A DNA stretch of 64,000 bases from a virus (Duplodnaviria > Heunggongvirae > Uroviricota > Caudoviricetes): the IMG/VR virus record IMGVR_UViG_3300046542_000259. One strand, written 5' to 3'. The notes beneath the pieces are model-generated. The model did no database searches. It was not told where the DNA came from and saw only the letters and a program-made list of their open reading frames with translations. Both the position numbers and the translations under genes were made by a program. This document shows positions 18,264-26,473 of this stretch, piece after piece. How positions within the stretch are numbered: position 1 is the first letter of the stretch; every line of letters begins with the position of its first letter.

Positions 18264-18478
18264 CTGACATTAAAGAAATGGTATCTAGCGGTAAATTGGT
18301 CCGTTTTAAATACTTCAGAGCTAACGAACTTTGGTACGAAACTGAAACAGGTTTTATCTTCCCCGTACCAATTGAAGATGTAGGAACAGCTACATTTTTG
18401 AATGAAGATAAGGCAATGCTGTTCATGCGTTATATTAGAAAACATCTCAAAAACTTAGAAAGCGAAACAAATAAATGA
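18260..18478 (+). CDS. Conserved small phage protein
   Basis: 72-aa ORF, ATGA overlap; LWY.TETGFIFPVPIEDVG.ATF. Confidence 0.7.
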   Translation: MTDIKEMVSSGKLVRFKYFRANELWYETETGFIFPVPIEDVGTATFLNEDKAMLFMRYIRKHLKNLESETNK

Positions 18479-18702
18479 CTATTGCAACTATTGTAGTTTC
18501 CGACGTTGAAGGCACCGAACTCGTTAATACCAATGTTAGTTATGACCTTGAGGATAGTGATCCAGATGGTCCGGTGACAAATGCGGGACTTTATGGCTAC
18601 CTTGTTCATTATCTTTTTAAGACCGGCAAAATTAATGATTATGTAGATGAAGTTATTGCTGATTTAAACAGCTTGACCGATAGCGAAACAGAAAGCGAAT
18701 AA
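18475..18702 (+). CDS. Small acidic hypothetical protein (paralog of next gene)
   Basis: ATGA overlap; similar hydrophobic pattern to 18703..18918. Confidence 0.65.
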   Translation: MTIATIVVSDVEGTELVNTNVSYDLEDSDPDGPVTNAGLYGYLVHYLFKTGKINDYVDEVIADLNSLTDSETESE

Positions 18703-18918
18703 ATGGCCAAGGTAACTATTGTTTTCACCGATGATCCAGAAGACGAATTCGATGCTGAGTACCACTATAAACCAGAAGATTATGATGGAGAGTCTTTCTC
18801 AATGGCCATCCTTCTTGGGGAATCAGTAAAGTATCTTTTGGATCGTGGAATTGTGGAAGATTTCATTCCAGCCGCTATCGAATCTTTAGATTCAGTTTGC
18901 TCTTGCTGTGGCGAATAA
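18703..18918 (+). CDS. Small acidic hypothetical protein
   Basis: Abuts upstream stop; C-terminal CSCC. Confidence 0.65.
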   Translation: MAKVTIVFTDDPEDEFDAEYHYKPEDYDGESFSMAILLGESVKYLLDRGIVEDFIPAAIESLDSVCSCCGE

Positions 18919-18942
18919 ATTTATTAGGAAGATAAAATAATA

Positions 18943-19473
18943 ATGACTGAACTTAAAATCAATGAACTTCTTGTAACTGATCTTCTCTCTTATCAAGACG
19001 AAATCTTTGAAATTAATAAAGCCAACGGCTTTTGGGACATGGGTGTAGAAAATCGCTCGTTTGCTCAACACATTGCCTTGGTTCACTCTGAAGTAAGTGA
19101 GGCTCTTGAAGCTGATCGTAAAGATTTGAATGACGACAAGCTTCCTGAATACTTGGGTCGAGACGTTGAACTAGCCGACGTTGTTATCCGTATCCTTGAC
19201 TGGAACGGGGCGAATAAGAACCGCTATGACGTTGATATCGATCTCCGTAATGAGATTGATATCGATTATACCGACTTCTCAGAATTTGCGGCTGAAATTC
19301 ATCTCCTTATTTCTCAATGGTATGGCACCGAGTTTAATGACTTTTCATTCATTATTCTAGAAGAAATTGTAGAATATGTCAATGATAACAATATCCCGTT
19401 CATTGAAATTATTGAGAAGAAGCTGGCCGTGAATAAGGCAAGGGGTTATAAGCACGGTGGTAAGAATTATTAA
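18943..19473 (+). CDS. MazG-like nucleotide pyrophosphohydrolase
   Basis: HSEVSEALEA and VELADVVIRILD EXXE motifs; EKKLAVN..RGYKHGGK. Confidence 0.85.
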   Translation: MTELKINELLVTDLLSYQDEIFEINKANGFWDMGVENRSFAQHIALVHSEVSEALEADRKDLNDDKLPEYLGRDVELADVVIRILDWNGANKNRYDVDIDLRNEIDIDYTDFSEFAAEIHLLISQWYGTEFNDFSFIILEEIVEYVNDNNIPFIEIIEKKLAVNKARGYKHGGKNY

Positions 19474-19499
19474 TACTTAGCCATTTGGTTAACTATACT

Positions 19500-19527
19500 G
19501 GCCCGCCGCGAATGGCGGGTCTTTTTA
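19500..19527 (+). terminator. Rho-independent terminator
   Basis: GGCCCGCC-gcgaat-GGCGGGTC followed by T-tract. Confidence 0.8.
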
Positions 19528-19542
19528 TGGGAGAAACTTGTT

Positions 19543-19824
19543 ATGGAAGAAAATGAAGAAAAATTTTACATGAAGCCACGAGATATTGTTGATCTTTTTA
19601 AAAAATATCAGATGGAAAAGAGAGATACCAAGACACCTAGGATTGAGAAGCCAAAGGCACAGAAGCGCCCAAAGAATTATGACGGCTTGCCGCTCATGGA
19701 ACGCTGCCAACTCATTCTAGGGCGACGTATGACGGAAAGAAGGGGTGTCGGTTATTTGCTCGATGGCGTCCCTGTTTCCTGTGAAAGACTTTTGCAAGAA
19801 GCTAAGTTATTTCTTTTGGACTAG
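19543..19824 (+). CDS. Hypothetical protein
   Basis: 93-aa ORF with GGGAG RBS. Confidence 0.6.
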   Translation: MEENEEKFYMKPRDIVDLFKKYQMEKRDTKTPRIEKPKAQKRPKNYDGLPLMERCQLILGRRMTERRGVGYLLDGVPVSCERLLQEAKLFLLD

Positions 19825-19836
19825 CTAGAAAATAAC

Positions 19837-19865
19837 TTGACTTTTTAAAACTTTTGTGTTAGTAT
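19837..19865 (+). promoter_or_regulatory. Sigma70-type promoter for RNR operon
   Basis: TTGACT-17 nt-TAGTAT. Confidence 0.6.
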
Positions 19866-19978
19866 TGTAGTCTTTCAGTCAATTCAAAATGGCTAAATAA
19901 ATTCGAAAGAGTAACGCTGGGATCAGGTAAAATGGATTCTAGTGGCGGTGAAACTTTAACAAAAATAAGAGAATAATT

Positions 19979-20959
19979 ATGGGTCTTTTTGACGAACAGA
20001 TTTCGAGAAAGCCAGACAACTATCCGTGGGCAAAAGATTTTATTCACGCTTTTTGGTCAACACAATGGACTCCTAATGAGTTCAATTTCAAAGCAGATTA
20101 CGGTCAATATAAAACTGAAATGACGGATCAAGAACGTCAAATTGTGGCAAGAACTTTGTCTTGTATCGGTCAAGTAGAGATCGCGGTAAAGACATTTTGG
20201 GCCAAGCTTGGTGACAATCTCCCGCATCCTTCCATTTCCGATCTTGGTTACACCATGGCTAATTCTGAGGTAGTCCATAATCTTGCCTACGAAAAGCTAC
20301 TAGATGTATTGCAAATGGGCCACGTCTTTGAAGAGAATTTAAAGGAGCCCGTGGTTAAGGGTCGCGTAGAGTATCTGCGCAAGCATAATAAAAAAGTTTA
20401 TAGTAATAATCGCAAGCAATATATCTATTCTATTATTCTCTTTACACTTTTTGTTGAAAACGTTTCACTATTTAGTCAATTCTATACCATTTTATGGTTC
20501 AATAGATTCAAAAATCTCCTCAAAGATACGGCCCAGCAAGTGGCTTACACGCGCCTTGAGGAAGATAGTCATAGTAAGGTTGGTATAACTATTATCAACA
20601 CACTTCGTCAAGAGTATCCAGAGATGTTTGATGAAGAACTAATCACTAAAATCACGCAGGAAATCCAAGAAGCTTTCAAAGCCGAAAGTAAATTGATTGA
20701 TTGGATGATTGGCGATTACAGTCATGACAACCTAAGTGCTGATATTCTGAAAGAATATATTAAAGATAGAATGAATGAATCCCTGTTAGCCATTGGTTTT
20801 GAATCTCCATTTGAGGTGGATAAAGAAATTATTAAGCTTACTAATTGGACTCGCGAAGAACAGTATGGCTATAATAACCAAGATTTTTTCGTGAATAAGC
20901 CGGTCTATTATTCTAAAAACGACAAAACATATAACGAAGACGACCTTTTCGATGATTAA
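19979..20959 (+). CDS. nrdB: Class I ribonucleotide reductase beta subunit
   Basis: EVVHNLAY (ExxH plus radical Tyr), VENVSLFSQF, EEDSH di-iron ligands. Confidence 0.95.
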   Translation: MGLFDEQISRKPDNYPWAKDFIHAFWSTQWTPNEFNFKADYGQYKTEMTDQERQIVARTLSCIGQVEIAVKTFWAKLGDNLPHPSISDLGYTMANSEVVHNLAYEKLLDVLQMGHVFEENLKEPVVKGRVEYLRKHNKKVYSNNRKQYIYSIILFTLFVENVSLFSQFYTILWFNRFKNLLKDTAQQVAYTRLEEDSHSKVGITIINTLRQEYPEMFDEELITKITQEIQEAFKAESKLIDWMIGDYSHDNLSADILKEYIKDRMNESLLAIGFESPFEVDKEIIKLTNWTREEQYGYNNQDFFVNKPVYYSKNDKTYNEDDLFDD

Positions 20960-21005
20960 TTCATCTATCCTCATCAAATAAGAACAAAAATAAAAGAGAA
21001 CAAAA

Positions 21006-22655
21006 ATGACTACAGCATATTGGTTAAATGCCGACGCACGCACATTCCTATCCCGTGATTATCTCGCGCCGGGACAATCAGCGGAAGATCGAATCAAGGT
21101 TATAGCAGAAGCCTCAGAACGTTGGACCGGTCGTAAAGGCTTGGCGGCTCGTGTTGAACGTTACATTTTAAATGGTTGGTGTTCCCTCTCATCACCTATT
21201 TGGTCAAATTTTGGTTTTGGAGAAAATCTACCCATCTCCTGTAACGGGTCTTTTATACCAGATGACACAGCTAAGTTGTATAGTAAAGTCTCTGAAATTG
21301 CCATGATGACCAAGTATGGTGCTGGTGTCTCTGGCTTTATGGGTGCGATTCGTGGTAGAGGTGAACCAATTAGAACTGGTGGTACTTCAGATGGTTCGGC
21401 TCACTTGGCTTACGCGTTTGAGAGTACTATCGATCTCATTTCGCAGAACAAGGTTCGTCGCGGCTCTGGTGCCTTCTATTGGCCAATCGATCATAAAGAC
21501 ATTGAAGAAGTTTTGGAGTTCCGGCACGAAGGAAGTTCGATCCAAAACCTGTTTTATGGTGTAAGTGTTTCTACGTCATGGCTTTCCGAGATGCGTGCCG
21601 GTGATAAGGCCAAGCGCAAGACATGGGCCAAGGTTCTTAAGAATCGTGCCGAAACTGGCATTCCCTACCTATTTTTCCATGATAATGCTAATAACGGTAA
21701 GCCACAAGTCTATAAAGATTTGGACATGACGATTTGGGCCTCAAATCTTTGTACCGAAATCATGGAGCCTTCAAGTGAAGATGAATCTTTCGTGTGCGAC
21801 CTCCTCAGCCTTAATGATCTACATTTTAATGAATGGAAAAATGATCCTCTATTCGTTCAAGATATGACATGGTTCCTAGACGGTGTTATGTCAGAGTACA
21901 TTGAGAAGGTCAGGGGCCGTCCCCATATGGACGCAGCTTACAATTTTGCGATCCGCCACAGGGCGTTGGGTCTTGGGCGATTAGGTTGGCACTCCTTCCT
22001 TCAGTCTAAAAATATTGCTTTCGAATCTATGGAAGCTAGAAAATATAACGTTGAAATTCAGCAGTTTATCGATGAACAATCTCTTATCGCCTCGAAAGAA
22101 ATGGCTATTGTACTAGGTGAGCCTGAATACCTAATAGGTCGCGGTTTACGCAACACAGTTCGCCAAGCCATTGCTCCTACAACTTCTAGTTCGTTTATCC
22201 TTGGTCAAGTATCACCTTCGGTTGAGCCAGAACAATCAAATTATTATGTTAAGGTGCTCGCTAAAGGCAAATTCACGTATCGAAATCCTTATCTTAAGAA
22301 GAGGCTCGTTGAATTAGGAAGAGATACTGAAGAAGTTTGGACCTCAATCCTGATGCAAGAGGGTTCGGTTCAACATCTAGACTTCCTCTCAGAGCATGAT
22401 AAAAACGTGTTCAAGACATTTGGTGAGATTTCTCAATATGAGATCATTGTACAAGCCGCAGAAAGACAAGTCTACATCGATCAGGGTCAATCAATCAATC
22501 TCATGATTCATCCAAAAATGCCTGTAAAAGATGTGAACGCATTAGTTCTTGCGGCTCACGACATGGGTCTAAAATCCCTTTACTATCAGCGTTCAACATC
22601 TCCCGTTGCAGAATTAAACAGAAATCTAGTTGCTTGCGTAAGCTGCGAAGCCTAA
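21006..22655 (+). CDS. nrdA: Class I ribonucleotide reductase alpha subunit (short, no ATP cone)
   Basis: PISC, SNLCTE active site, VCDL, AIAPTTSS, DQGQSINL, SLYY, C-terminal CVSCEA. Confidence 0.95.
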   Translation: MTTAYWLNADARTFLSRDYLAPGQSAEDRIKVIAEASERWTGRKGLAARVERYILNGWCSLSSPIWSNFGFGENLPISCNGSFIPDDTAKLYSKVSEIAMMTKYGAGVSGFMGAIRGRGEPIRTGGTSDGSAHLAYAFESTIDLISQNKVRRGSGAFYWPIDHKDIEEVLEFRHEGSSIQNLFYGVSVSTSWLSEMRAGDKAKRKTWAKVLKNRAETGIPYLFFHDNANNGKPQVYKDLDMTIWASNLCTEIMEPSSEDESFVCDLLSLNDLHFNEWKNDPLFVQDMTWFLDGVMSEYIEKVRGRPHMDAAYNFAIRHRALGLGRLGWHSFLQSKNIAFESMEARKYNVEIQQFIDEQSLIASKEMAIVLGEPEYLIGRGLRNTVRQAIAPTTSSSFILGQVSPSVEPEQSNYYVKVLAKGKFTYRNPYLKKRLVELGRDTEEVWTSILMQEGSVQHLDFLSEHDKNVFKTFGEISQYEIIVQAAERQVYIDQGQSINLMIHPKMPVKDVNALVLAAHDMGLKSLYYQRSTSPVAELNRNLVACVSCEA

Positions 22656-22666
22656 AGGAATTTAAA

Positions 22667-22936
22667 ATGTCAGACGATCTATTTGAAGAACAAGAATTTA
22701 AAAACACGTACCACATGATTAGCCGCGACGGGTGCGGCTATTGCGAAAAGGCTCTTTCGTTTTTTAATCTTTTGAGCGTTCCTGTGAACATTGAAAAAGT
22801 AGTTACGGAAGAGGAACAGCATAGATTTAAACGGGAAGGTCATCGAACCTTTCCTCGAATCTTTAAAAATGGGAAACTAATTGGTGGGTATGAGGAGCTA
22901 ATCAAATACACCGCCGACGTAATCGGTAACAAGTAA
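22667..22936 (+). CDS. Glutaredoxin
   Basis: CGYC, TFPRIF, IGGYEEL; start moved to ATG 22667. Confidence 0.9.
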   Translation: MSDDLFEEQEFKNTYHMISRDGCGYCEKALSFFNLLSVPVNIEKVVTEEEQHRFKREGHRTFPRIFKNGKLIGGYEELIKYTADVIGNK

Positions 22937-22939
22937 AAG

Positions 22940-22965
22940 AAAAGCCGCTCTGAGAGCGGCTTTTT
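22940..22965. terminator. Bidirectional terminator between convergent arms
   Basis: AAAAGCCGCTC-tga-GAGCGGCTTTT. Confidence 0.9.
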
Positions 22966-22970
22966 AATTA

Positions 22971-24512
22971 TCAAACTACAGCACTATCGTCGCTATCATA
23001 GAGCCACGCCGACCCACTAGAGTGTACACCGTATCCTTTACCACCAGCTGGATTTGAAATCTTTGTGAAATAACCGGAGTAAGTAGCTGGTGATAAAGCA
23101 AGTAAGGCCGTTTTGGTTAATGCTTTATGCAGAATAGGAGGCACTGATTCAATCTGCGTCACGGCGTTGCTGCTTCTACGCTCAACCCAATAAGGTACTT
23201 GCGTTCCGGCATTGTTTTCTGTGGCTCGTATCAATGCTGCGCCATTAACATACTCAAGCCAACGTCGATCATCAGCGCTAGCATCACTTTCGTAATAACC
23301 GCTGAAGGGATTCGATCCCGCGATTTGAAGGCCATTGTCAAGTCCACTCGCGCCAATCACTGAGTTGATGTTGCCAAGTGTTACCTTCTTAGACCCATTG
23401 TTGGAGCGAAATGCAAGCGGAGCATTTGATAAGCAGCCACTTTTTACGGTGTATGGAACAGAGACATTGACACCATCAGAGATAACATTAGGGTCTGTTC
23501 CGGTGTCATTAACTGTCGATATGCGTGCCTGCAATCCGACCCAATCAATATGTGGGGTGCTGCCGCCTTCTAGCTTTATAATATCTCCCGGCTTTTTAAA
23601 GTATAGTCCATCTGGAATGGCAGACACGTGCGTACCACCAAGAACCGTAATCACTGAGCCAGAAGATGGATTTTTAATCACTATCGCATTTAACTGAGCA
23701 TCAACGTTACCATAAAGAGTGTTGATAGCCATTTCACTTTTAAAATTTCTGATAACAACATTGCCTTTGGCGTCCAGATTTTCCAGTACGATCAAGCCGC
23801 CGATGTTACGATCTCCGGTGATATTATCCAGATCAATTGATTGATGAGCGCTTGAGCCGCCAAGGATACGAAGCCCAGCCGCACCATTATACCAAGTCTT
23901 GATACGTGCAAGCTTTACCGGAATACCTCCATCGGGGAACAGTAGTCCTTCTTCAGGCATTCCTCTGATCGTCATGTCATGAATATAGGTAGTATCTTGA
24001 GGACAAACTGTGTTTCCATCGGCATCGTAAAAAGCAATACCACGGCCCGTTGTGACGCTCGCTCCTGCATCAACCGTTTTATATCCGAAAATTGAAAATC
24101 CAAAAATATTCCCATAGAAGAATCTACGCCCATTGGCAGGATCGATATGACCAGTGACTCGAATCACGTCGCCACCACTAGGAGACTGAATCAGCCTCGT
24201 AACAGCTTTTGAAGTTGTTTCAATGTGGCCCATACTGAATAGAGTTACGCCTTCTGGCACAACAATTCTGCTGGTGATATAACGTCCCGGTGGAAGTCTT
24301 ACAGACTTCATTGTACTTGCAAGGGAAGCAGCGTCGTCAAGGGCGCTCTGAAAAACTGCTGCGTTTATGTCGGGATCGCCTGCCAACCCTTCTTGTAAAA
24401 CGCCGTAGCGATTTCCACTAATGCTTAAATCAATGACACCTCCGCCATAAATGGCATTTAGTTTAGCTCGGATAGTGCCCCAAGTTTCATCAGTTCCAAT
24501 ATAATTAACCAT
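22971..24512 (-). CDS. Tail spike / right-handed beta-helix depolymerase-like protein
   Basis: N-terminal TDETWGTIRAKLNAIY anchor-like helix; DPDINAAVFQSALDDA...V.LPPGRY pectate-lyase-3-like entry; G/N-rich beta-helix. Confidence 0.75.
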   Translation of the reverse strand: MVNYIGTDETWGTIRAKLNAIYGGGVIDLSISGNRYGVLQEGLAGDPDINAAVFQSALDDAASLASTMKSVRLPPGRYITSRIVVPEGVTLFSMGHIETTSKAVTRLIQSPSGGDVIRVTGHIDPANGRRFFYGNIFGFSIFGYKTVDAGASVTTGRGIAFYDADGNTVCPQDTTYIHDMTIRGMPEEGLLFPDGGIPVKLARIKTWYNGAAGLRILGGSSAHQSIDLDNITGDRNIGGLIVLENLDAKGNVVIRNFKSEMAINTLYGNVDAQLNAIVIKNPSSGSVITVLGGTHVSAIPDGLYFKKPGDIIKLEGGSTPHIDWVGLQARISTVNDTGTDPNVISDGVNVSVPYTVKSGCLSNAPLAFRSNNGSKKVTLGNINSVIGASGLDNGLQIAGSNPFSGYYESDASADDRRWLEYVNGAALIRATENNAGTQVPYWVERRSSNAVTQIESVPPILHKALTKTALLALSPATYSGYFTKISNPAGGKGYGVHSSGSAWLYDSDDSAVV

Positions 24513-24675
24513 TGTCGATCATCCGTAAATTGTCGTGCATAACGCGTCCATCACGTATAATGGTATGCGTAGTGATAATTCTCATCGGCCCAACGGGAGA
24601 GCGTTTCTTTAATGATCGTGATGGTGAATTCTTGGAAATACTTTTCAGCTTTCCGAATGGATAAGTAACAGGCAT
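24505..24675 (-). CDS. Small basic protein MPVTYPFGK... (56 aa, not in ORF track)
   Basis: Open frame between promoter and spike gene, AAGAG RBS, stop overlaps spike start, N-terminus matches ORF 40710..40913. Confidence 0.65.
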   Translation of the reverse strand: MPVTYPFGKLKSISKNSPSRSLKKRSPVGPMRIITTHTIIRDGRVMHDNLRMIDNG

Positions 24676-24712
24676 AACTATCTCTTAAATTTAAAAATTT
24701 TGAATAGCGCTA

Positions 24713-24740
24713 AGTATACCATATTTATTTTAAAAGTCAA
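24713..24740 (-). promoter_or_regulatory. Sigma70-type promoter
   Basis: TTGACT-16 nt-TATACT with TGG before -10. Confidence 0.65.
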
Positions 24741-24758
24741 GATAATCATTCTTGGTAC

Positions 24759-24790
24759 AAAATAACCCCGCCAAGTGGCGGGGTTATTTT
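24759..24790 (-). terminator. Terminator after lysis cassette
   Basis: AAAATAACCCCGCC-aagt-GGCGGGGTTATTTT. Confidence 0.85.
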
Positions 24791-24837
24791 TAACTTCTAA
24801 TTCCTTGTTTAGAACTTGTACCGTAACGTTTCTCTAC

Positions 24838-25137
24838 TCATTTCTTTGCTTCCCGTGCCGCCAGAGCGTTTTTATTTTGGTTATCGATAAGTCCAATAAG
24901 TTCTTCAAGCTTTGTCTTACAATCTTTCCTAGCACTATCGAGGCGAGCAATAAAATTCGCAACTTCACGCTGAGTATATGTCCCGCTAGGACGGTTAGGA
25001 AGATCAGCACAGCTACGTAAAGCTTCAGGTACTTCAACGGTGTAAATCAGTGGTTCATACTTTGTTACCGTCGTGCAGCCTGCTAATACCGCGACGGAGG
25101 AGAGGAGACACGTCCCCATTATCAGTTTCAGGTTCAT
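24838..25137 (-). CDS. Outer-membrane spanin (Rz1-like lipoprotein)
   Basis: Lipobox VLAG-C, Pro-rich VEVPEALRSC..LP, overlaps i-spanin 3' end. Confidence 0.85.
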   Translation of the reverse strand: MNLKLIMGTCLLSSVAVLAGCTTVTKYEPLIYTVEVPEALRSCADLPNRPSGTYTQREVANFIARLDSARKDCKTKLEELIGLIDNQNKNALAAREAKK

Positions 25138-25396
25138 TTCTAATTATCCCTAATTCGTCCTCTAATCTTTGTGAGGCTTCTTTTTCTTTCGCTAAAAGGT
25201 TTTGTAGAGTTTTTTGTGTTTCTTTAGAGTTTTGAAACTCTAATTCTTTAACCTTATAAGCAGATTTGAGATTATCTCTCTCAATGCTTATTTTCAAAAC
25301 CTCGTTTTTTAGGACTTGGTTTTTGGTATACATAGTACCAAAGGCTCCTGCAACTAGGAGCCCTATAATAACATAAATTGCGAGTTTGTCAAACAT
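25055..25396 (-). CDS. Inner-membrane spanin (Rz-like)
   Basis: N-terminal TM helix then coiled coil; directly after endolysin. Confidence 0.82.
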   Translation of the reverse strand: MFDKLAIYVIIGLLVAGAFGTMYTKNQVLKNEVLKISIERDNLKSAYKVKELEFQNSKETQKTLQNLLAKEKEASQRLEDELGIIRNEPETDNGDVSPLLRRGISRLHDGNKV

Positions 25397-25398
25397 TA

Positions 25399-26472
25399 TT
25401 ATTCCTCAAACGCTTTCCGGTAATTCTTGTAAGCCGAAATGATTTTATCTTGAGCAAAAATACCAAGAGCGGCAATGATCAATAGGCCAACGAAAAGTCC
25501 AAGTAGAATTCTCCAATCCGAAAACCATGCCATTCCCCCAGCGAATGGGAGTGAAGACATCCAGTAACCAAAACGACTGAAGAAACCCTGTTTGATTTCA
25601 GGCGGGACGCCTAAAACTCCAGAAGGATCGCCACCGTTTTCATCAACCTTTTCAGCCAACTTCTGTTTAGTTAGAGGACCGGCTTGGCCATCGACGTGCA
25701 AACCATTTTCTTCTTGGAACTGCTTAATAACTTCTTCGGTATGTCCACCAAAATCCCCATCAGCCTCAACATCATAACCAGCTGTTTGTAGCGCGGTTTG
25801 GACCGCAACAACGTCAGCACCTTTAGTCCCAATATCAAGAGTTGGATTGGTGTAAGATACTGGCGTAAACTTTGAGTCATTTAGTTTGGCTCTCCACTTA
25901 CGATCAGCCGTTTCAAGCTTAGTGTGATAGTTATTCGCTTCATAGCCATCACCGTTATAGCCTTGAGCAAAGACGCGCCACTTACCATCCTTAAGGGCCT
26001 GAAGAATACCTTTGGCTTTAGCGAATTTAATAATCCCTTCAAGCTGATTAGCTTCGGAAATGGCGAGCCACTTAACCATTGCCAAGGCATCAGAAAATCC
26101 TAGCATGGAGTGATTGAAACCCATGCATTGACCAAGGCCCCACGAGGTTGACATTGCTGCGACTTCTTCACCAGCGATGGAAGAACATAGGTCAATTCTA
26201 TCGTATGAAGTTTTAGGATAATCACGTTTCCATTTCGGATAAGCAATCCCAGCCTTAACGAGCTTATCCCGTGTCGCGCCTTTGGTATAGCGATATGCGA
26301 TATGACATTCGTACAGCGCGATTAGTCTGCCCGTGCTATCGTAGCCGGAACCACGCGCTTCTACTTCTGCCACGGCTCTCAGGCGCGATTCAGGGATATC
26401 GTATGCCTTAGCGATCCTTGAAAAATCGCTAGGTGTAAGTTTATTAATTTTCCCTACATAAAATTTTGTCAT
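25399..26472 (-). CDS. Endolysin: N-acetylmuramidase (DUF3380-like) + peptidoglycan-binding domain + C-terminal TM segments
   Basis: AVAEVEARG, STSWGLGQCMGFNH, YNG..Y; DGDFG..T...QFQ...GL.VDG..GPLT; hydrophobic C-terminus. Confidence 0.88.
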   Translation of the reverse strand: MTKFYVGKINKLTPSDFSRIAKAYDIPESRLRAVAEVEARGSGYDSTGRLIALYECHIAYRYTKGATRDKLVKAGIAYPKWKRDYPKTSYDRIDLCSSIAGEEVAAMSTSWGLGQCMGFNHSMLGFSDALAMVKWLAISEANQLEGIIKFAKAKGILQALKDGKWRVFAQGYNGDGYEANNYHTKLETADRKWRAKLNDSKFTPVSYTNPTLDIGTKGADVVAVQTALQTAGYDVEADGDFGGHTEEVIKQFQEENGLHVDGQAGPLTKQKLAEKVDENGGDPSGVLGVPPEIKQGFFSRFGYWMSSLPFAGGMAWFSDWRILLGLFVGLLIIAALGIFAQDKIISAYKNYRKAFEE

Positions 26473-26473
26473 G

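Noticed and set aside
916-19473. 2-aminoadenine (Z-genome) pathway suggested by HD hydrolase + MazG + family A polymerase
   Set aside because: No PurZ in the window and the HD protein has the common YfbR/YfdR-type pattern rather than DatZ; cannot be fully excluded without the rest of the genome.
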